DNA of 63,959 nucleotides, filler included, from Licmophora abbreviata (GCA_900291995.1; 18 parts of 18 records of this genome joined end to end with filler, not necessarily neighbours in it); one strand, 5' to 3'. Counted from the first letter of the whole stretch, positions 29,758-40,216 are shown. The notes: a model not told the origin generated them from the sequence alone. Numbers and translations are program-made.

Positions 29758-31568
29758 AACCTGTCGTTCTGGCGCTGAGCCGGTCGGGCGAGGAGGTGGC
29801 GCATCGCGTGGCCCGTCTGATCGGGGCAAAGGTGCATGGGCGCGAAGGGCGCGTCGCGCGGGCGGATGCGTTCTTTCCCAATGCGCTCGATCATGCACGC
29901 GATCTTTTTGCGGCCGGTGTGCCGGTTGTCGGTGTCTGTGCCAGTGGCATCCTGATCCGGGCCGTGGCGCCCTTGCTGTCGGACAAGCGCGGCGAGCCGC
30001 CGGTGGTGTCGGTGAGCGATGATGGCGCGGTGGTGGTGCCGCTTCTGGGGGGGCATCGCGGGGCAAACCGGCTGGCGGCGGAGATCGCCCGGGGGCTGGA
30101 TGCGGTGGCGGCGGTGACCACGGCGGGGGATGTGGCGATGGGTGTGGCGCTGGATGCGCCGCCCGAGGGCTTCCGGCTGGCCAATCCGCAGGATGCGAAA
30201 TCGGCGATGGCGGCGATGCTGGCGGGAGAGGGTCTGAGCATTGAGGGAGAGGATATTTTCGGCCTTGGCGCGCAGGCGGGCGGCGCGGTGGAGCTGGTGG
30301 TCAGCGAGGCGCCGGCGCGGCCAGGGGACACGCGGCTGGTCTATCATCCGCAGCGGATCGTGCTGGGGCTGGGATGCGCCCGCAATTGCGACCCGGACGA
30401 GATGTGGGCGCTGGTCTGCGCCACGCTGGAGGAGGCCGGGATCGCAACCGGGGCCGTGGCCTGTGTCGCGTCGATTGACCTCAAGGCCGATGAGCCGGCG
30501 ATGAACGAGGTGGCGCGGCGGCTGGATGTGCCGCTGCGGCTGTTCAGTGCGGCCGAGCTCGAGGCGCAGGCGGATCGGCTGGCCAATCCGTCGGAGGTGG
30601 TGTTCGCGGAAGTCGGCTGTCACGGGGTGGCGGAAGGCGCGGTGTTGGCCGCGGGCGCCGATCTGGCGGTGGAGAAGCGCAAGACGGCCAATGCGACCTG
30701 CGCGGTGGGACGCGCCGAGGCGCCGCTGACTGAGATGCCGGGGCGCGCGAGGGGGCGCTTGAGTGTCGTCGGCATAGGGCCGGGGCAGGCGGCATGGCGC
30801 ACGCCGGAAGTCAGCCGGTTGATCGCCGAGGCCGATGAGCTGGTGGGATACGGGCTTTACATCGATCTGCTGGGGCCGCTTGCCGCGGGCAAGCCGCGCC
30901 ACGATTTCCCGCTTGGCGGAGAGGAGGCGCGCTGCCGTCACGCGCTGGAGCGTGCGGCACAAGGGTATAACGTGGCGCTGGTCTGTTCGGGGGATGCAGG
31001 GATCTATGCGATGGGGGCGCTGGTCTTCGAACTTCTGGACCGGGGCGAGGATGCGCACGGCGTGAGCGATGCGGCACATCGGGTCGAGGTTGTCTGTTCG
31101 CCGGGCGTGTCGGCGCTGCAGGGGGCGGCGGCGCGGGCGGGGGCGCCGTTGGGGCATGATTTCTGCACCATTTCGCTCTCGGATCTGCTGACCCCGCGCG
31201 AGGATATCCTGCGCCGGTTGCAGGCCGCTGCCGAGGGCGATTTCGTGATCGCCTTCTACAACCCGGTGTCCAAGACCCGGCGCACGCTGCTGGCTGAGGC
31301 GCGGGACATCCTGCTGAGGCATCGTCCGGCGGAGACGCCGGTGATGCTGGCCTCGTCGCTGGGGCGTCCCGAGGAGCATGTGCGGTACCGGCGGCTCGAT
31401 GAGCTGCAGGTCGATGAGGTGGATATGCTGACGGTGGTTCTGGTGGGGTCGAGCAATTCGCGGCTGGCGCATCTGGGAGAGGGGCCGCGCATGTTCACGC
31501 CGCGCGGCTATGCACGCAAGATCGACGGGGATCTGGCCGAGCCGCGCAGGACAGGTGGCGCGGCATGA
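29748..31568 (+). CDS. cobJ: CbiG - precorrin-3B C17-methyltransferase fusion
   Basis: N-terminal GILIRAVAP...DK..EPPV...LLGGHRGAN (CbiG); C-terminal VGIGPG, SGDAGIY, SLSDLLTP, FYNP and TPRGY (CobJ). Confidence 0.92.
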   Translation: MAVKPVVLALSRSGEEVAHRVARLIGAKVHGREGRVARADAFFPNALDHARDLFAAGVPVVGVCASGILIRAVAPLLSDKRGEPPVVSVSDDGAVVVPLLGGHRGANRLAAEIARGLDAVAAVTTAGDVAMGVALDAPPEGFRLANPQDAKSAMAAMLAGEGLSIEGEDIFGLGAQAGGAVELVVSEAPARPGDTRLVYHPQRIVLGLGCARNCDPDEMWALVCATLEEAGIATGAVACVASIDLKADEPAMNEVARRLDVPLRLFSAAELEAQADRLANPSEVVFAEVGCHGVAEGAVLAAGADLAVEKRKTANATCAVGRAEAPLTEMPGRARGRLSVVGIGPGQAAWRTPEVSRLIAEADELVGYGLYIDLLGPLAAGKPRHDFPLGGEEARCRHALERAAQGYNVALVCSGDAGIYAMGALVFELLDRGEDAHGVSDAAHRVEVVCSPGVSALQGAAARAGAPLGHDFCTISLSDLLTPREDILRRLQAAAEGDFVIAFYNPVSKTRRTLLAEARDILLRHRPAETPVMLASSLGRPEEHVRYRRLDELQVDEVDMLTVVLVGSSNSRLAHLGEGPRMFTPRGYARKIDGDLAEPRRTGGAA

Positions 31569-32095
31569 ATCCGATCCTTCTGGAATTTGCGGGGCGCATG
31601 GCCGATCAGGGTGCGACCCAACTGCCCGAGAGCTATCGGCAGATGGCGGTCAACGCGAGGTTCTTTCTGGGCACGCGGATGGCGGCGGGCGCGCTGGCGC
31701 AGCGGCTGGACGCGGTGACGGGCTTTCGGCTGAACCTTGAGAAGGGTCGGCTGGTGCTGAGTTTCGAGGAGGCGCCGGATCTGTCGGTCGCGGCGCAGGT
31801 CATGGGCACATGGTCGGATGACGGCAGCTGGATGTGGGGCTGGGGGCATCCGGAGGTGCCCGAGCCGATGCAACAGGCGGCCTGGGCGGTGCAGCAATTC
31901 GGCGAGCGGCAGGAGATCGAGGAGCTGTTGACGCGCGGCGGACCGACGGCGGAAGAGCGCGCGCGCGAGTATATGGCGATCTGCGCCTATATCTCGGATG
32001 CGGATGGCGTGTTCATGGGCGATCACGGCGGCGGCGGGCAGGTCTGTGTCTGCTATTATCAGAACGATCAGCTGAAAGGGCTATTGAGCGAATGA
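31565..32095 (+). CDS. hypothetical protein, DUF6882-like
   Basis: 176 aa with ATGA overlaps at both ends; Q.MGTWS..GSWMWGW.H pattern. Confidence 0.75.
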   Translation: MNPILLEFAGRMADQGATQLPESYRQMAVNARFFLGTRMAAGALAQRLDAVTGFRLNLEKGRLVLSFEEAPDLSVAAQVMGTWSDDGSWMWGWGHPEVPEPMQQAAWAVQQFGERQEIEELLTRGGPTAEERAREYMAICAYISDADGVFMGDHGGGGQVCVCYYQNDQLKGLLSE

Positions 32096-32865
32096 CCGTT
32101 TATTTCATCGGTGCGGGACCGGGCGATCCGGAACTTCTGACGAAAAAGGCCGAGCGGGTGATCGGGGAGTGCCCCGTCTGCCTGTATGCCGGGTCGCTGG
32201 TGCCGGCCGAGGTGGTGGCCTGCGCACCGAAAGACGCGCTGGTGATGGACACCGCGCCGATGACGCTGGACGACACGCACGCGGTGATCCGTGACGCCCA
32301 CGCGAAGGGGCAGGACGTGGCGCGGGTGCATTCGGGCGATCCGTCGCTTTATGGCGCCATTGCCGAGCAGATCCGGCGGCTGCGCGCCGATGGGATCGAC
32401 TACCAGATCATTCCGGGCGTGCCGGCCTATGCCGCTGCTGCCGCGGCGTTGGGGCAGGAGTTGACGGTGCCGGAGGTGGCGCAATCGATCATCCTCACGC
32501 GGGTGTCGATGAAATCCACCTCGATGCCGGATGGCGAGACCTTGGAGAATTTCGCGCGCACGCGCACGACGCTGGCGATTCATCTGGGGGTGCGCGCCCT
32601 GCGCGAGATCGAGCGCGTGCTGACGCCGCATTACGGCGCCGAGTGTCCGGTGGTTGTGGCGTATCGCGTGGGCTGGCCCGACCAGATGTTCATTCGCGGC
32701 ACGCTGGCCGATATTCGCGAGAAGGTGAGGACCGAGAAGATCACCCGAACCGCGTTGATCCTTGTGGGGCCGGTTCTGGGCGAGATTGCGGATTTCAAGG
32801 AGAGTGCTCTGTATGATCCGGCACAGCCGCATGTGCTGCGCCCGAAGGCCACACTGCGCGCGTGA
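32092..32865 (+). CDS. cobM: precorrin-4 C11-methyltransferase
   Basis: FIGAGPGDPELLT, LYAGSLV, RVHSGDPSLYGA and SALYDP motifs. Confidence 0.95.
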   Translation: MTVYFIGAGPGDPELLTKKAERVIGECPVCLYAGSLVPAEVVACAPKDALVMDTAPMTLDDTHAVIRDAHAKGQDVARVHSGDPSLYGAIAEQIRRLRADGIDYQIIPGVPAYAAAAAALGQELTVPEVAQSIILTRVSMKSTSMPDGETLENFARTRTTLAIHLGVRALREIERVLTPHYGAECPVVVAYRVGWPDQMFIRGTLADIREKVRTEKITRTALILVGPVLGEIADFKESALYDPAQPHVLRPKATLRA

Positions 32866-32949
32866 TTTGCGCGGGGCGGTGAATTTTAACGTGACCGTCA
32901 TGATTTGCTGGCACAGTCTGGGAGGTGGAAGGCATGAAAGGCATTTGCA

Positions 32950-33300
32950 ATGACGACCTATTTACCCCCCGACGTGCAGGCGGGTCTTGATGCCGCGCGC
33001 AAGAAAGCCTTGAAAAAAAGCCATCGGCTGCGGGTGCAGGCCGGTGAAGACACCTATCCTGTGCTGAATGCGTGGGAGGGCGGATTTTCGCTTGATTCGG
33101 ATGTGGCGCCGCATCTGCGGGGGCTGGTCGATCTCTATGATGGGCCGAAGCATCTGTCGCGTTGCCTGATCGTTGCGTCAGAGGAAGAGGGCGGCGAGAT
33201 TCGGTTCGAGTTGAAGCGCATGACCGAAGCCAGTGACCGTCAGCCGGTGGATTTCGAGCGTGATCCGGACGCGCCGGTGGCTTTGATCGGGCGGGATTGA
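32950..33300 (+). CDS. conserved hypothetical protein
   Basis: 116-aa ORF with typical codon usage (APHLRGLVDLYDG...CLIV). Confidence 0.7.
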   Translation: MTTYLPPDVQAGLDAARKKALKKSHRLRVQAGEDTYPVLNAWEGGFSLDSDVAPHLRGLVDLYDGPKHLSRCLIVASEEEGGEIRFELKRMTEASDRQPVDFERDPDAPVALIGRD

Positions 33301-33353
33301 GCGACCGGGGTTGAGAGACCGGGGATGATTTTTGGCGCGGTACCGGGGCGGGC

Positions 33354-33881
33354 TTAGAGTTTCTCGAAAGTGATGATGACCTTGCCGATGGTCACGCCCG
33401 CCTTGCGCATATAGGCGATGTTGAGCACGCGGTCATCGGACAATTGCCACATCCAGTCGTCAAAGCTGACGCGCATTGTGCCGTCGGGCACGGGCAGGTC
33501 GATGGTATAGGCCCAGTTGAACACGTCGCCTTTCTCGGTGCCGGTGGCGGTGCCGATCACGCCGGGGGCGGTGCCTTCCCATGTTTCGGGGCCGGTCTGG
33601 CGCAGGGTCCAGATGCGCTGCTCGGTGGTGCCGTCGGCATAGGCGAAATCCTCGATCAGGGTGAGGGTCTCACCGTCCCATGTGCCGTCGATGGCGACCT
33701 CGAAGCGGCGGCGCACGGTGCCGAAACGGTCCTGAAACTGGCCGTGGGCGACGGTCTTTCCTTCGAAGAACTCCTGCAACTCGAAATCGGCCTCGCTGAG
33801 GGCGGGATCGTCAAGCGAGGGCCGACCCGAGCAGGCGGCGAGAAGGGCAAGGGCGGCGAGGGCTGTGGCAAGACGGATCAT
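33354..33881 (-). CDS. DUF3833-family lipoprotein
   Basis: Lipobox LAAC; FFEG...G.FQDR.G...RRF, EDF.Y.DG and FDDWM motifs. Confidence 0.85.
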   Translation of the reverse strand: MIRLATALAALALLAACSGRPSLDDPALSEADFELQEFFEGKTVAHGQFQDRFGTVRRRFEVAIDGTWDGETLTLIEDFAYADGTTEQRIWTLRQTGPETWEGTAPGVIGTATGTEKGDVFNWAYTIDLPVPDGTMRVSFDDWMWQLSDDRVLNIAYMRKAGVTIGKVIITFEKL

Positions 33882-34142
33882 CGAGGCGCTCCGGGGCTGA
33901 TGGCAAGTCAGAAGCTAACCCGTTCGGAGCGGGGGNNNNNNNNNNNNNNNNNNNNNNNNNNNNNNNNNNNNNNNNNNNNTTAATTAATTAANNNNNNNNN
34001 NNNNNNNNNNNNNNNNNNNNNNNNNNNNNNNNNNNTCCGGGGCTGATGGCAAGTCAGAAGCTAACCCGTTCGGAGCGGGGGGCAAGCGCCTTGAGGGGCG
34101 CTTGGCCTGTGTGGCGGCGGGTGTGCGATGTGCCGGGGCGGA

Positions 34143-35315
34143 TCACTGCAGGTCGGCGAAGGCGTCCTGCAGGCGGGCGACGGCCTCTTCGACACGGATG
34201 CGCGGCGTGGCGAGGTTGAAGCGCAAAAACGCCTCGCCACCCTGCCCGAAGCTGGGGCCGTGATTGACCGCGATGCGCGCGTCGCGTTCGACACGGGCGG
34301 TGAATTCGCCCTTGTCCATGCCGGTGCCGGAGAAATCGACCCAAGCAAGATAGGTGGCTTCGAGCGGCATGGACGCAAGGCCCGGGATGGCGTTCACGCC
34401 CGCGTCGAACAGGCGGCGGTTGCCGTCGAGATAGTCGACCAGCGCATCGACCCAGGCCGCACCCTCGGGGGAATAGGCGGCCTCGGCCATGACCAGCCCG
34501 AAGGAATTGGGCGAGAGGCCAAGCGCCGACATGCGCGCGGCAAAGCGCGCGCGCAGGGTTTCGTCGGCGATGATCACGTTGCCGGAATGGGCGCCCGCGA
34601 TGTTGAAGGTCTTGGTGGTGGCGGTCATCATCACCAGCCGGTCGGCGATGTGTTCGTCGATATTGGCCATCGGGATATGGGTATGGCCGGGCATCACCAG
34701 ATCGTGGTGAATTTCGTCCGAGACCAGCACGAGGTCATGGCGGCGGGCGAAATCGGCGACGTCCTGCAATTCCTCGCGGGTCCAGACGCGGCCGCCGGGG
34801 TTATGGGGCGAGCACAGGATCAGCATCTTTTCCGAGCCGTCCATCGCGGCATCATAGGCGTCGAAATCCATCCGGTAGAGACCGTCCTCGAGGCGGAGCG
34901 GACATTCGACGACACGGCGCCCGGCGGCTTTGATGACCCGGGCGAAGGCATGATAGACCGGTGTGAAGATCACCACGCCATCGCCGGGATCGGTGAAGGC
35001 ATCGACACACATGGCGGTGCCGTTCACGAGGCCGTGGGTGGTGAAGACCCATTCGGGTTCGACACGCCAGCCATGGCGCTCGTGCATCCACCAGCGGATG
35101 GCGTTGAGATAGCTGCGATCATCGCCGTAATAGCCATAGATGCCATGATCGACCATGCCCTGAAGCGCGTCGGACACGCAGCGCGGCGGCTGGAAATCCA
35201 TGTCGGCGACCCACATCGCGAGCCCATCGCTGGCTGGCACGCCATAGGTTTTTTCCATCATGTCCCATTTCTGGGAATGGGTGCCGAAGCGGTCGATGAT
35301 GCGGTCGAAATCCAT
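34143..35315 (-). CDS. MalY/PatB-family PLP-dependent C-S lyase
   Basis: MWVADMDF, LCSPHNPGG, SDEIHHDL, KTFNIAG and YLAWVD motifs. Confidence 0.92.
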   Translation of the reverse strand: MDFDRIIDRFGTHSQKWDMMEKTYGVPASDGLAMWVADMDFQPPRCVSDALQGMVDHGIYGYYGDDRSYLNAIRWWMHERHGWRVEPEWVFTTHGLVNGTAMCVDAFTDPGDGVVIFTPVYHAFARVIKAAGRRVVECPLRLEDGLYRMDFDAYDAAMDGSEKMLILCSPHNPGGRVWTREELQDVADFARRHDLVLVSDEIHHDLVMPGHTHIPMANIDEHIADRLVMMTATTKTFNIAGAHSGNVIIADETLRARFAARMSALGLSPNSFGLVMAEAAYSPEGAAWVDALVDYLDGNRRLFDAGVNAIPGLASMPLEATYLAWVDFSGTGMDKGEFTARVERDARIAVNHGPSFGQGGEAFLRFNLATPRIRVEEAVARLQDAFADLQ

Positions 35316-35569
35316 GGGGGGCTCCTTGTTGGTGACGCGGGCAGGCTATAATGTTCAGGTGACGGGGTGTAGGGGTGATTGTCTGGCGGATAATATTCCA
35401 AATAGTCTTTGGATGTGAAAGTATGTTCTGTATTTTAGGTTAAATATAGAAAATTATTCTGTTTAAATAAATAGTAACGGAATTTATTTCTTGGAAATCG
35501 GGCGGTGCCGTGCTGGGCCGGATCATTGGCCCATTGCGCGCTCGGCGGGCATGACCTAAATCCTCCCGC

Positions 35570-36094
35570 ATGAAACGGCCTATCCTGATCCATCCTGACC
35601 CGCGTCTCAAGAAAGTCTGCGCGCCCCTTGGCGATCTGTCGGACGACTTGCGCGTTCTGGCTGATGACATGCTGGAAACCATGTATGACGCGCCGGGCAT
35701 CGGGCTGGCGGCGCCGCAGATCGGGGTGCTCGACCGGCTGATCGTGATGGATTGCGTCAAGGGCGAGAACGAGACGCCGCGCCCTCTGGTGATGTTCAAT
35801 CCCGAGATCGTGGCCTCGTCGGACGTCATGAACGTCTATGAGGAAGGGTGTCTGTCGATCCCTGAGGAATATGCCGAGGTCAAGCGCCCCGAGGCGGTGG
35901 ATGTGCGCTGGATCGACCGGGACGGCAACGAGCAGACCGAGACATTCGACGGGCTTTGGGCGACCTGCGTGCAGCATGAGATCGACCATCTGAACGGCAA
36001 GCTGTTCATCGATTATCTGGGGCCGATGAAGCGCCAGATGATCACGCGCCGTATGCAGAAACTGAAGCGCGAACAGGCCAAGGCGAGGGCCTGA
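35570..36094 (+). CDS. def: peptide deformylase
   Basis: GIGLAAPQ, EGCLSIP and QHEIDHL all intact. Confidence 0.96.
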   Translation: MKRPILIHPDPRLKKVCAPLGDLSDDLRVLADDMLETMYDAPGIGLAAPQIGVLDRLIVMDCVKGENETPRPLVMFNPEIVASSDVMNVYEEGCLSIPEEYAEVKRPEAVDVRWIDRDGNEQTETFDGLWATCVQHEIDHLNGKLFIDYLGPMKRQMITRRMQKLKREQAKARA

Positions 36095-36098
36095 CGGC

Positions 36099-36596
36099 AT
36101 GGCGGTGCGGCGCTGCCTGCCATGGCCGGACAAGCGGTTGCGCAGCCCGGCCGCGTCGGTCGAGGCGATCACCGATGAGGTCCGCGCGATCTGGGACGAC
36201 ATGATCGACACGATGGAAGCGATGCCGGGCGTGGGCCTTGCCGCGCCGCAGATCGGCGTGATGCTGCGGCTGGCGGTGGTCGATGCCAGCGAGAAGCGCG
36301 GGCAGGCGGTGCGCATGGCCAATCCCGAAATCCTGCATGCCAGCATCGAGCTGCGCAGCCATGAAGAGGCCAGTCCGAACCTGCCCGGCGTATCGGCGGC
36401 GATCAAACGACCCCGCGCCGTGACGGTGCGCTTCCTGAATGCAGATGGCGAGATGGAGGAGCGCGATTTCGTGGGTCTGTGGGCCACCAGCGTGCAGCAT
36501 CAGATCGACCATCTGGAGGGTCGGCTTTTCGTGGACCGGCTGAGCAAGGTGAAGCGCGACATGCTGTTGCGCAAGGCCAGAAAGCTGGCGGGTTAG
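36099..36596 (+). CDS. peptide deformylase-like protein (degenerate active site)
   Basis: GVGLAAPQ retained, but EASPNLP replaces EGCLS and QHQIDH replaces QHExDH. Confidence 0.9.
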   Translation: MAVRRCLPWPDKRLRSPAASVEAITDEVRAIWDDMIDTMEAMPGVGLAAPQIGVMLRLAVVDASEKRGQAVRMANPEILHASIELRSHEEASPNLPGVSAAIKRPRAVTVRFLNADGEMEERDFVGLWATSVQHQIDHLEGRLFVDRLSKVKRDMLLRKARKLAG

Positions 36597-36600
36597 GGCG

Positions 36601-37585
36601 ATGCGGCTGATTTTCATGGGAACGCCCGATTTCTCGGTGCCGGTGCTGGAGGCGCTTGTCGCCGCAGGCCACGATGTGGCGGCGGTCTATTGCCAGCCGC
36701 CAAGGCCCGCCGGGCGCGGCAAGAAGGACAGGCCGACGCCGGTGCAGGCCCGCGCCGAGGAGATGGGGCTTGAGGTGCGCCATCCGGTCAGCCTGAAGGG
36801 TGCGGACGAACAGGCGGATTTCGCGGCGCTTGGGGCGGATGTGGCGGTGGTGGTGGCCTATGGGCTGATCCTGCCGCAAGCCATTCTGGATGCACCGAAG
36901 CGGGGCTGTCTGAACATCCATGCCAGTCTTTTGCCGCGCTGGCGGGGTGCTGCGCCCATTCACCGGGCGATCATGGCGGGGGACGCGCGCACGGGCGTGT
37001 GCATTATGCAGATGGAGGCGGGGCTGGACACCGGACCGGTGCTGCTGCGGCGCGAGACGGAGATCGGCCAGACCGAGACCACGGGCGCATTGCATGACCG
37101 GCTGTCGCGGATGGGGGCGGAGGCGATCGTCGAGGCGCTGGCGCTGCTGGATGACCTGACGCCCGAGCCGCAGCCCGACGAGGGCGTGACCTATGCCGCC
37201 AAGATCGACAAGGCCGAGGCGCGTGTGGACTGGAGCCGTCCCGCCAGGCAGGTGGATCGGCTGATCCGGGGGCTGTCGCCCTTTCCCGGCGCATGGTGCG
37301 ACCACGGGGGCGAGCGGATCAAGCTGCTGGCCTCGGAGTTGGCCGAGGGGGAGGGCCGCCCCGGAGAGGTGCTCGAAGCGGCAGGCGGGGGCGNNNNNNN
37401 NNNNNNNNNNNNNNNNNNNNNNNNNNNNNNNNNNNNNTTAATTAATTAANNNNNNNNNNNNNNNNNNNNNNNNNNNNNNNNNNNNNNNNNNNNGGCTTTT
37501 GCGCTTGCAACGGGCGGGCCGGGGCGCACAGGATGCCGAGACGTTTCTGCGCGGGCTGCCGCTGGTCCCGGGCGAGATGCTGTAA
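36601..37585 (+). CDS. fmt: methionyl-tRNA formyltransferase (split by gap)
   Basis: [15 protein letters not shown] and [16 protein letters not shown] motifs; C-terminal LQRAGR...FLRG after the gap. Confidence 0.95.
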
Positions 37586-37600
37586 AGAGGGAGAGGTGCG

Positions 37601-37843
37601 ATGTTTCCCACGCTGATCGGTACGGTGGTGATCGCCGGGATTGTCGGATATGCGTCCGAAAAGTCCGGGTTCACGAAAAACGGCTATCTTCAGTCGATCA
37701 TTATCTGCGTGGGCGGGGCGTTCCTGTTTTACTTCCTGCGGATCATGTTCGGCATTCGCATCGGCACGCCGGGGGTGGATGCGATCCTGTCGTCGATCGG
37801 CGCGTTGATCATCGTGCCGACGCATTGGCGCAAGCGGCGCTGA
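37601..37843 (+). CDS. small membrane protein (GlsB/YeaQ/YmgE-like)
   Basis: 80 aa with three hydrophobic segments; strong GGAGAGG RBS. Confidence 0.7.
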   Translation: MFPTLIGTVVIAGIVGYASEKSGFTKNGYLQSIIICVGGAFLFYFLRIMFGIRIGTPGVDAILSSIGALIIVPTHWRKRR

Positions 37844-37917
37844 GGGGTGGCGGCGGCTTGTCGGGCGTGACCGCCCGCCGCGCGGACAGCCCCTGAAAGC
37901 CCTGCGATATGCGCGGA

Positions 37918-38376
37918 TCAGGCCGAGGGTTTGAAGGGCGCCATGCCCGCGCGGGCCAATTCGTCGGCGCGTTCGTTCTCGGGGTGGCCCGCATGGCCCT
38001 TGACCCATTCCCAGGTCACGTCATGGCGGGCCTGCGCCTCGTCCAGCCGCTGCCAGAGCTCGACATTCTTGACGGGTTTGCGGGCGGAGGTCTTCCAGCC
38101 GTTACGCTTCCATCCGTGGATCCAGCCGGTCACGCCGTTCTTCACATAGGCGCTGTCGGTGACGATGGTGATCTTGCTGGGCTTGGCCAGTGTTTCGAGC
38201 GCGTTGATGGCTGCCAGAAGTTCCATCCGGTTGTTGGTGGTCTCGGCCTCGCCGCCGCTCAGCTCACGCTCTTTCAGGATGGTGTCCCCGTCGACGGCCC
38301 GGAGCAGCACGCCCCAGCCGCCGGGACCGGGATTGCCCGAGCAGGCGCCATCGGTATAGGCGAAAAGTTCAGGCAT
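37918..38376 (-). CDS. rnhA: ribonuclease HI
   Basis: [27 protein letters not shown] and [15 protein letters not shown] motifs. Confidence 0.96.
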   Translation of the reverse strand: MPELFAYTDGACSGNPGPGGWGVLLRAVDGDTILKERELSGGEAETTNNRMELLAAINALETLAKPSKITIVTDSAYVKNGVTGWIHGWKRNGWKTSARKPVKNVELWQRLDEAQARHDVTWEWVKGHAGHPENERADELARAGMAPFKPSA

Positions 38377-38989
38377 CCGCGTCAAGCCCCCGATATCCGG
38401 GCAGGGCGGCGATGCGGGCGCACCAAGCCGCAAGGCGTGGAAAGCGGGCCATGTCGAAGCCGCCGCGTGAGCCTGCGGTGTGGGTGTAGCCGTAAAGTGC
38501 GATATCGGCCAGCGTTGGCGCGTCTCCGGCGAACCATGGGCTGTGGGCGAGCGCCTCTTCCATGAGGGAGAGGATCGCATGGCCCTCGTCGGCGAGGCGG
38601 GCCATCGCTTCGGGTGTGGCCTGATCGGCGAGATGCGGGTAGCAGTTGAGCGAGGCGCGCACGGCGATCACCGGCTCATGGCGGTTCTGTTCGAAGAACA
38701 TCCAGGCGAGCATCTGCGCTTGGGCCAGCGGCGTCTCGGGCACCCAGGGCGTGCCCTGACCGAGATACCACAGGATCGCGCCGGATTCGGACAGGATCGT
38801 GCCGTCGGGCAGGTGCAGAGCGGGCAGCTTGCCAAGCGGCAGATGGCCATCGGCCTTGGCCTGCGCCAGTGCGGGCGAGTTGGCCTCGCAGGGGATGTGG
38901 CGATAGGGGCGGCCCAGCAAGCCCAGCAAAAGCCGCACCTTGTAACTGTTGCCCGAGGAGGGCATGGAATAAAGCGCGAGATCGGTCAT
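38369..38989 (-). CDS. glutathione S-transferase family protein
   Basis: [22 protein letters not shown] and TLADIALY motifs. Confidence 0.9.
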   Translation of the reverse strand: MTDLALYSMPSSGNSYKVRLLLGLLGRPYRHIPCEANSPALAQAKADGHLPLGKLPALHLPDGTILSESGAILWYLGQGTPWVPETPLAQAQMLAWMFFEQNRHEPVIAVRASLNCYPHLADQATPEAMARLADEGHAILSLMEEALAHSPWFAGDAPTLADIALYGYTHTAGSRGGFDMARFPRLAAWCARIAALPGYRGLDADA

Positions 38990-39040
38990 GGCGGTCCTGT
39001 TGCGGCGTGCGAGGGGCTGTCAAGGCGGGGACGGGGTCAG

Positions 39041-39490
39041 TCAGGCGAAGACCCCGATGGCAAGGCAGGTCACCACGATGGCGGTGAGCAGCAGGCGCAG
39101 CGACATCCACCATTCGGGTGCAGCGCCATGTTTCCAAAAGAGCCAGTCCAGCCCGAGAATGCCGATGAACCCCACCATGAGCGAGATGCCCGCGCCGGTC
39201 GGGCCGCCGCCTGTCATGAAGAACGCCCATAGCGCCGGGATCACCGCCAGAGCATAGCCTGTCCCGGCCTGAGCGCCCTTGAGCTGCGTGGCAAATCCCC
39301 AGAGCACGCCGGACATGAAGCTGAGGATCACCGCGCCATAAAACAGCATGACATAAGGCCCCGCAAAGCGCGCGCCGATGTTGCGCACGGTCCAGCCCGC
39401 CAGATCGGGAGACAGGACGGTGAGCGCGCCCCAGACGAAGGGCAAAAGGCCGGCAAGGCCGAGGATCAGGGGGACACGGGGTATCATCAT
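39041..39490 (-). CDS. DUF3429-family membrane protein
   Basis: LGLAGLLPF, YGAVILSFMSGVLWG and WWMSLR..LT motifs. Confidence 0.85.
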   Translation of the reverse strand: MMIPRVPLILGLAGLLPFVWGALTVLSPDLAGWTVRNIGARFAGPYVMLFYGAVILSFMSGVLWGFATQLKGAQAGTGYALAVIPALWAFFMTGGGPTGAGISLMVGFIGILGLDWLFWKHGAAPEWWMSLRLLLTAIVVTCLAIGVFA

Positions 39491-39565
39491 GGGCAGCACC
39501 ATGGCGCGACCGCCCGTCCGAGGCAAGAGGCCACGGGCCGGTTTCGCGCGCGACCGGTCGCGCGG

Positions 39566-40113
39566 TCATCGCGTCATGCGACCGCCGGGCAGTTGCCGCG
39601 CGTCGGCGACGCCGAAAACGCTGGTGCCATCGCGTGCAAGGCCCATGCGGGTGCAGATCGCCTCGGATGGAGTGTTGCCCGGCTCGACCCCGGTGAAGAC
39701 CTGCGTGAATCCGTGACGCGCGGTCATGTCGAGCATCGCCATCGCCCCGAGAATGAGCGCAANNNNNNNNNNNNNNNNNNNNNNNNNNNNNNNNNNNNNN
39801 NNNNNNTTAATTAATTAANNNNNNNNNNNNNNNNNNNNNNNNNNNNNNNNNNNNNNNNNNNNACCGACAGGCCGCGGGCGACAGCGCGATCGCGCAGCGC
39901 GGGCAGGGCGTCATCGCTGACTGTGGCGTAATGGCTGTTGCCCTGCAGCACCGCGAGATCGTGAAGCTCGTCGATATCGCCGTCCTGCGCAGAGGCCAGC
40001 CCGACGGTGCGCCCGTAATAGGTATAGCGGGTGTCGTGGCGTGTCAGATCGTGAAAGGCGCGACCACGGCGCAAAAGGGCCTGTTGCGGCTCGGTGCCGA
40101 ATACCTCGTCCAT
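39566..40113 (-). CDS. probable GNAT-fold protein (middle in gap)
   Basis: N-terminus MDEVFGTEPQQ; C-terminus TGVEPGNTPSEAICTRMGL resembles the GNAT N-x2-S-x5-G motif; join across gap inferred. Confidence 0.55.
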
Positions 40114-40216
40114 GCGTCGATCCATTGGCCCGATCCTTTTGCCGCCACAGGGTGCGCGGGCATGATGGCATGGCACGGGGTGGAAAGATACCGAGCGGCA
40201 CGCGGAGCCTTTAGAG

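Noticed and set aside
33890..34081. 46-bp direct repeat (33890-33935 = 34036-34081) resembling a target-site duplication or att pair
   Set aside because: The copies directly flank a linker, so this is an unmerged contig overlap, as at 17294/17422.
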